Source of the DNA: Puniceicoccaceae bacterium
GTDB taxonomy: Bacteria > Verrucomicrobiota > Verrucomicrobiia > Opitutales > Oceanipulchritudinaceae
NCBI GenBank assembly: GCA_040830765.1
Contig: JBFOMH010000032.1
Location: 1 to 64,000, forward strand
Length of the DNA stretch: 64,000 nt
Direction of reading: 5' to 3'
Shown: piece after piece, positions 61,518 to 64,000 of the stretch
How positions within the stretch are numbered: position 1 is the stretch's first letter
Layout: each line of letters begins with the position of its first letter
Program-made: the position numbers and the translations under genes
Notes under the pieces: model-generated
Databases searched by the model: none
Told to the model about the DNA's origin: nothing
The model's input: the letters and a program-made list of their open reading frames with translations, nothing else

Positions 61518-62613
61518 CATGAATAGCATCCGTATTAGTTCTCTGAAGAAACTCTACCTCACGCTAACCATAGCCGGCTTAAGCCTGTTGTTGACGCATG
61601 CCGGGACAGCTGGAACAACCAGCGACTGCGCGGTAGTCCAGTCGGGCTTTATTTATGAAACGGCATCCTATCCCTCCTGCCATGCTTCCACGATAGCGGA
61701 AGTGAGCGGGGGCCAGTTGGTGGCTGCCTGGTTTGGCGGGACCCACGAACGTCATCCCGATGTGGGCATCTGGGTGGCCCGAATGGTTGATGGCAAATGG
61801 GAGGAAGCAACGGAAGTGGCCAACGGGCTACAAGAGGACGGTGAACGCTTCCCGACCTGGAATCCGGTCTTGTTTCAGCCGGAGAAGGGCGACTTGTTTC
61901 TTTTCTACAAGGTCGGCCCAAATCCCCGCGAGTGGTGGGGGATGGTCATGACCTCCCCGGACGCCGGCCAGACCTGGACCGAGCCGGTACGATTACCGGA
62001 CGGTATTCTCGGGCCCATCAAGAACAAGCCGGTCATCCTTCCGGACGGCACATGGATGTCGCCATCCAGCACGGAAACCCCGGGGATTGGATGGAGAGTG
62101 CATTTCGAACTCAGCCGGGATCAAGGGACCACTTGGGAAAAGATTGGCCCGGTTGGACCCGGAGTTGGATTTGATGCCATTCAGCCGAGCATCCTTTTTC
62201 ATCCTGACAATACCCTGCAGGCCCTTTGCCGGACCAAGCAAGGCGTTGTCGGAATGACCTGGTCCTATGACGGCGGGCAAACCTGGACCGACATCTCGGC
62301 GTCCGAGTTACCCAATCCAAGTTCCGGCACAGATGCGGTTACCCTGGCCGACGGCCGCCAGTTGATCGTCTACAACCACTTTGGCCATCTTCCCGAGCGC
62401 TCCGGCAAGGGATTGCGCTATCCCCTGAACATTGCCCTTTCCGACGACGGCATTCACTGGCGGCGGGTGCTTGACCTTGAAACGGAAGCCAAGCCCGCCG
62501 GGTATGCCTATCCTGCCGTCATTCAAACCAGTGACGGGCTTATCCACGTGACTTACACCTGGGACCGGAAACGGATTAAGCACCTCGTCATCGATCCAAC
62601 GAAAATCAAATAG
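61510..62613 (+). CDS. BNR-repeat sialidase-family (GH33-like) protein, candidate Kdo hydrolase
   Basis: CHASTI, GPIKNKP, four Asp-boxes (SPDAGQTW, SRDQGTTW, SYDGGQTW, SDDGIHW), YAYPAVI. Confidence 0.8.
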   Translation: MNNMNSIRISSLKKLYLTLTIAGLSLLLTHAGTAGTTSDCAVVQSGFIYETASYPSCHASTIAEVSGGQLVAAWFGGTHERHPDVGIWVARMVDGKWEEATEVANGLQEDGERFPTWNPVLFQPEKGDLFLFYKVGPNPREWWGMVMTSPDAGQTWTEPVRLPDGILGPIKNKPVILPDGTWMSPSSTETPGIGWRVHFELSRDQGTTWEKIGPVGPGVGFDAIQPSILFHPDNTLQALCRTKQGVVGMTWSYDGGQTWTDISASELPNPSSGTDAVTLADGRQLIVYNHFGHLPERSGKGLRYPLNIALSDDGIHWRRVLDLETEAKPAGYAYPAVIQTSDGLIHVTYTWDRKRIKHLVIDPTKIK

Positions 62614-62627
62614 GAGTCGCCGTTTAC

Positions 62628-64000
62628 ATGAATCTCCCCGGATACACGCGCCTCGCCTACAGATGCCTCCTGATCCTTCTGGGCGGCTCCGGATTCTTGT
62701 CCGGGATGGTCGTTGTCGAGGACCTGACCTGCGGGTATTCCACCAACCCGCTCGGGGTTGATAATGCCCGGCCGCATCTGTTCTGGCGCCTCACCAGCGA
62801 TGAACAGGGCCAGCGACAGACAGCGTATAGGATTCTTGTAGCCTCGGACAAGGAGGCCCTGGCCAGCGATGTGGGCGACTTGTGGGACAGTGGTATTGTC
62901 AAGAGTGACCAGACAACCCATGTGAAGTATGACGGTGTGCCCCTGACCTCCTCCCAAAATGTATACTGGAAGGTGCAGGCGTGGGATCGTAATGGGAATC
63001 CGACCGCTTGGAGTGAGCCCGCCCAATGGACCATGGGCATATTGGAGTCGGATGAGTGGCAAGGAAACTGGATCACGTCTCCCGAGCAACACGAGTCCAT
63101 TCTTCTTCGGCGTGACATTGAGTTGAGCGGGACCCTGACCCGCGCTGTGATGCATGTCAGCGGACTTGGGCACTGTGTTGTTTCCATCAATGGCCAGCGG
63201 GTTGGACAAAAGTTGCTCGCGCCTGGCTGGACCGACTATGACAAGACAACCCTTTACGATACCTACGACATAACAAACCTGTTGCAGAACGGCGACAATG
63301 CAATTGGGGCTTTGCTGGGCAACGGCATGTATCATGTTGAGCGTCGCGGTCGCTTCGCCAAATTTGTAGGTTCATTCGGGCCCAAGCGGCTGATGGCCCA
63401 TATCCTGTTGGAGTTTGAAGATGGAAGTCGTGAAATTGTCTCTACAGATGAACAGTGGCTGACCCATTCCGGGCCAATTACCTTTTCCAGCATCTACGGG
63501 GGCGAGGACTATGATGCCCGGCTCCTTCCTGATGGTTGGGATCTTCCGGGATTCAATTCAGCGGATTGGGATCCCGCGGTCATCCTTGATGCGTATGACA
63601 CCTCCACCCTGAAAGGTCATTCCGCATCTGCCCATCCAGTGGTCGAGATTGAGGCCCGCCTGCCGGTCGAGGTGCGCCCGCTTGCCGCCCCTGGGGCAGC
63701 CTTGTATGACTTTGGTCAAAACACCTCCTACATGCCCCGGTTGACCGTCACAGGGCCCAAGGGTAGCCGTGTAATCCTGACTCCGGGTGAACTGATTTAT
63801 CCGGACGGTTATATCACACGCTCGTCGATGGGCGGTGTCTACCGGGGATATTCCTGGTGTGAATACATCAAGGCGACCGATGATGCGGAGACATGGATGC
63901 CGGAGTTCTTTTATATCGGCAGCCGATACATCCAGACCCAGGCGGTTGCTGCGGAGGAAGGCGGACCGTTGCCCGTTATCGAGACACTGGAAGGGGTTAT
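62628..64000 (+). CDS. GH78 alpha-L-rhamnosidase, N-terminal part (runs off the window)
   Basis: Not in the ORF track. ATG 62628: MNLPGYTRLAYRCLLILLGG...LTCGYSTNPLGVD...QTAYRILVAS...WDSG...PGWTDY...IYGGEDYDAR...YDFGQN. Confidence 0.88.
   Translation, partial: MNLPGYTRLAYRCLLILLGGSGFLSGMVVVEDLTCGYSTNPLGVDNARPHLFWRLTSDEQGQRQTAYRILVASDKEALASDVGDLWDSGIVKSDQTTHVKYDGVPLTSSQNVYWKVQAWDRNGNPTAWSEPAQWTMGILESDEWQGNWITSPEQHESILLRRDIELSGTLTRAVMHVSGLGHCVVSINGQRVGQKLLAPGWTDYDKTTLYDTYDITNLLQNGDNAIGALLGNGMYHVERRGRFAKFVGSFGPKRLMAHILLEFEDGSREIVSTDEQWLTHSGPITFSSIYGGEDYDARLLPDGWDLPGFNSADWDPAVILDAYDTSTLKGHSASAHPVVEIEARLPVEVRPLAAPGAALYDFGQNTSYMPRLTVTGPKGSRVILTPGELIYPDGYITRSSMGGVYRGYSWCEYIKATDDAETWMPEFFYIGSRYIQTQAVAAEEGGPLPVIETLEGV

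Overview
The window is one continuous polysaccharide-utilisation region of about 36 genes, with no rRNA, tRNA, mobile element or CRISPR array seen. The TonB receptor type and the lack of susD suggest a verrucomicrobial (Opitutales-like) host, which is an inference. The CAZyme set matches, by recalled motifs, the Bacteroides thetaiotaomicron rhamnogalacturonan-II (RG-II) system: GH2 x2, GH127, GH141, GH142, GH143, GH33-like, GH43, GH78 x2, GH28 x2, PL1 x3 and a DUF4038/GH140-like protein. Hydrolases for rare RG-II sugars are co-transcribed with cytoplasmic catabolic genes. (1) A GH127 aceric-acid hydrolase sits with a RuBisCO-like protein, a DUF1537 kinase and a one-Cys racemase-like protein, a candidate aceric acid pathway. 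(2) A GH143 Dha hydrolase sits with a DapA-family aldolase, an Fe-ADH, a DUF1537 kinase and PdxA2, a candidate Dha -> pyruvate + D-threonate pathway. (3) An isomerase, split transketolase and kinase form a likely apiose pathway. The window also has a PL1-GH142 fusion and a repeated TTTCA-N(0-2)-TGAAA operator, probably read by an atypical LacI regulator. Family calls come from reading motifs by eye and from recall, not from database searches.
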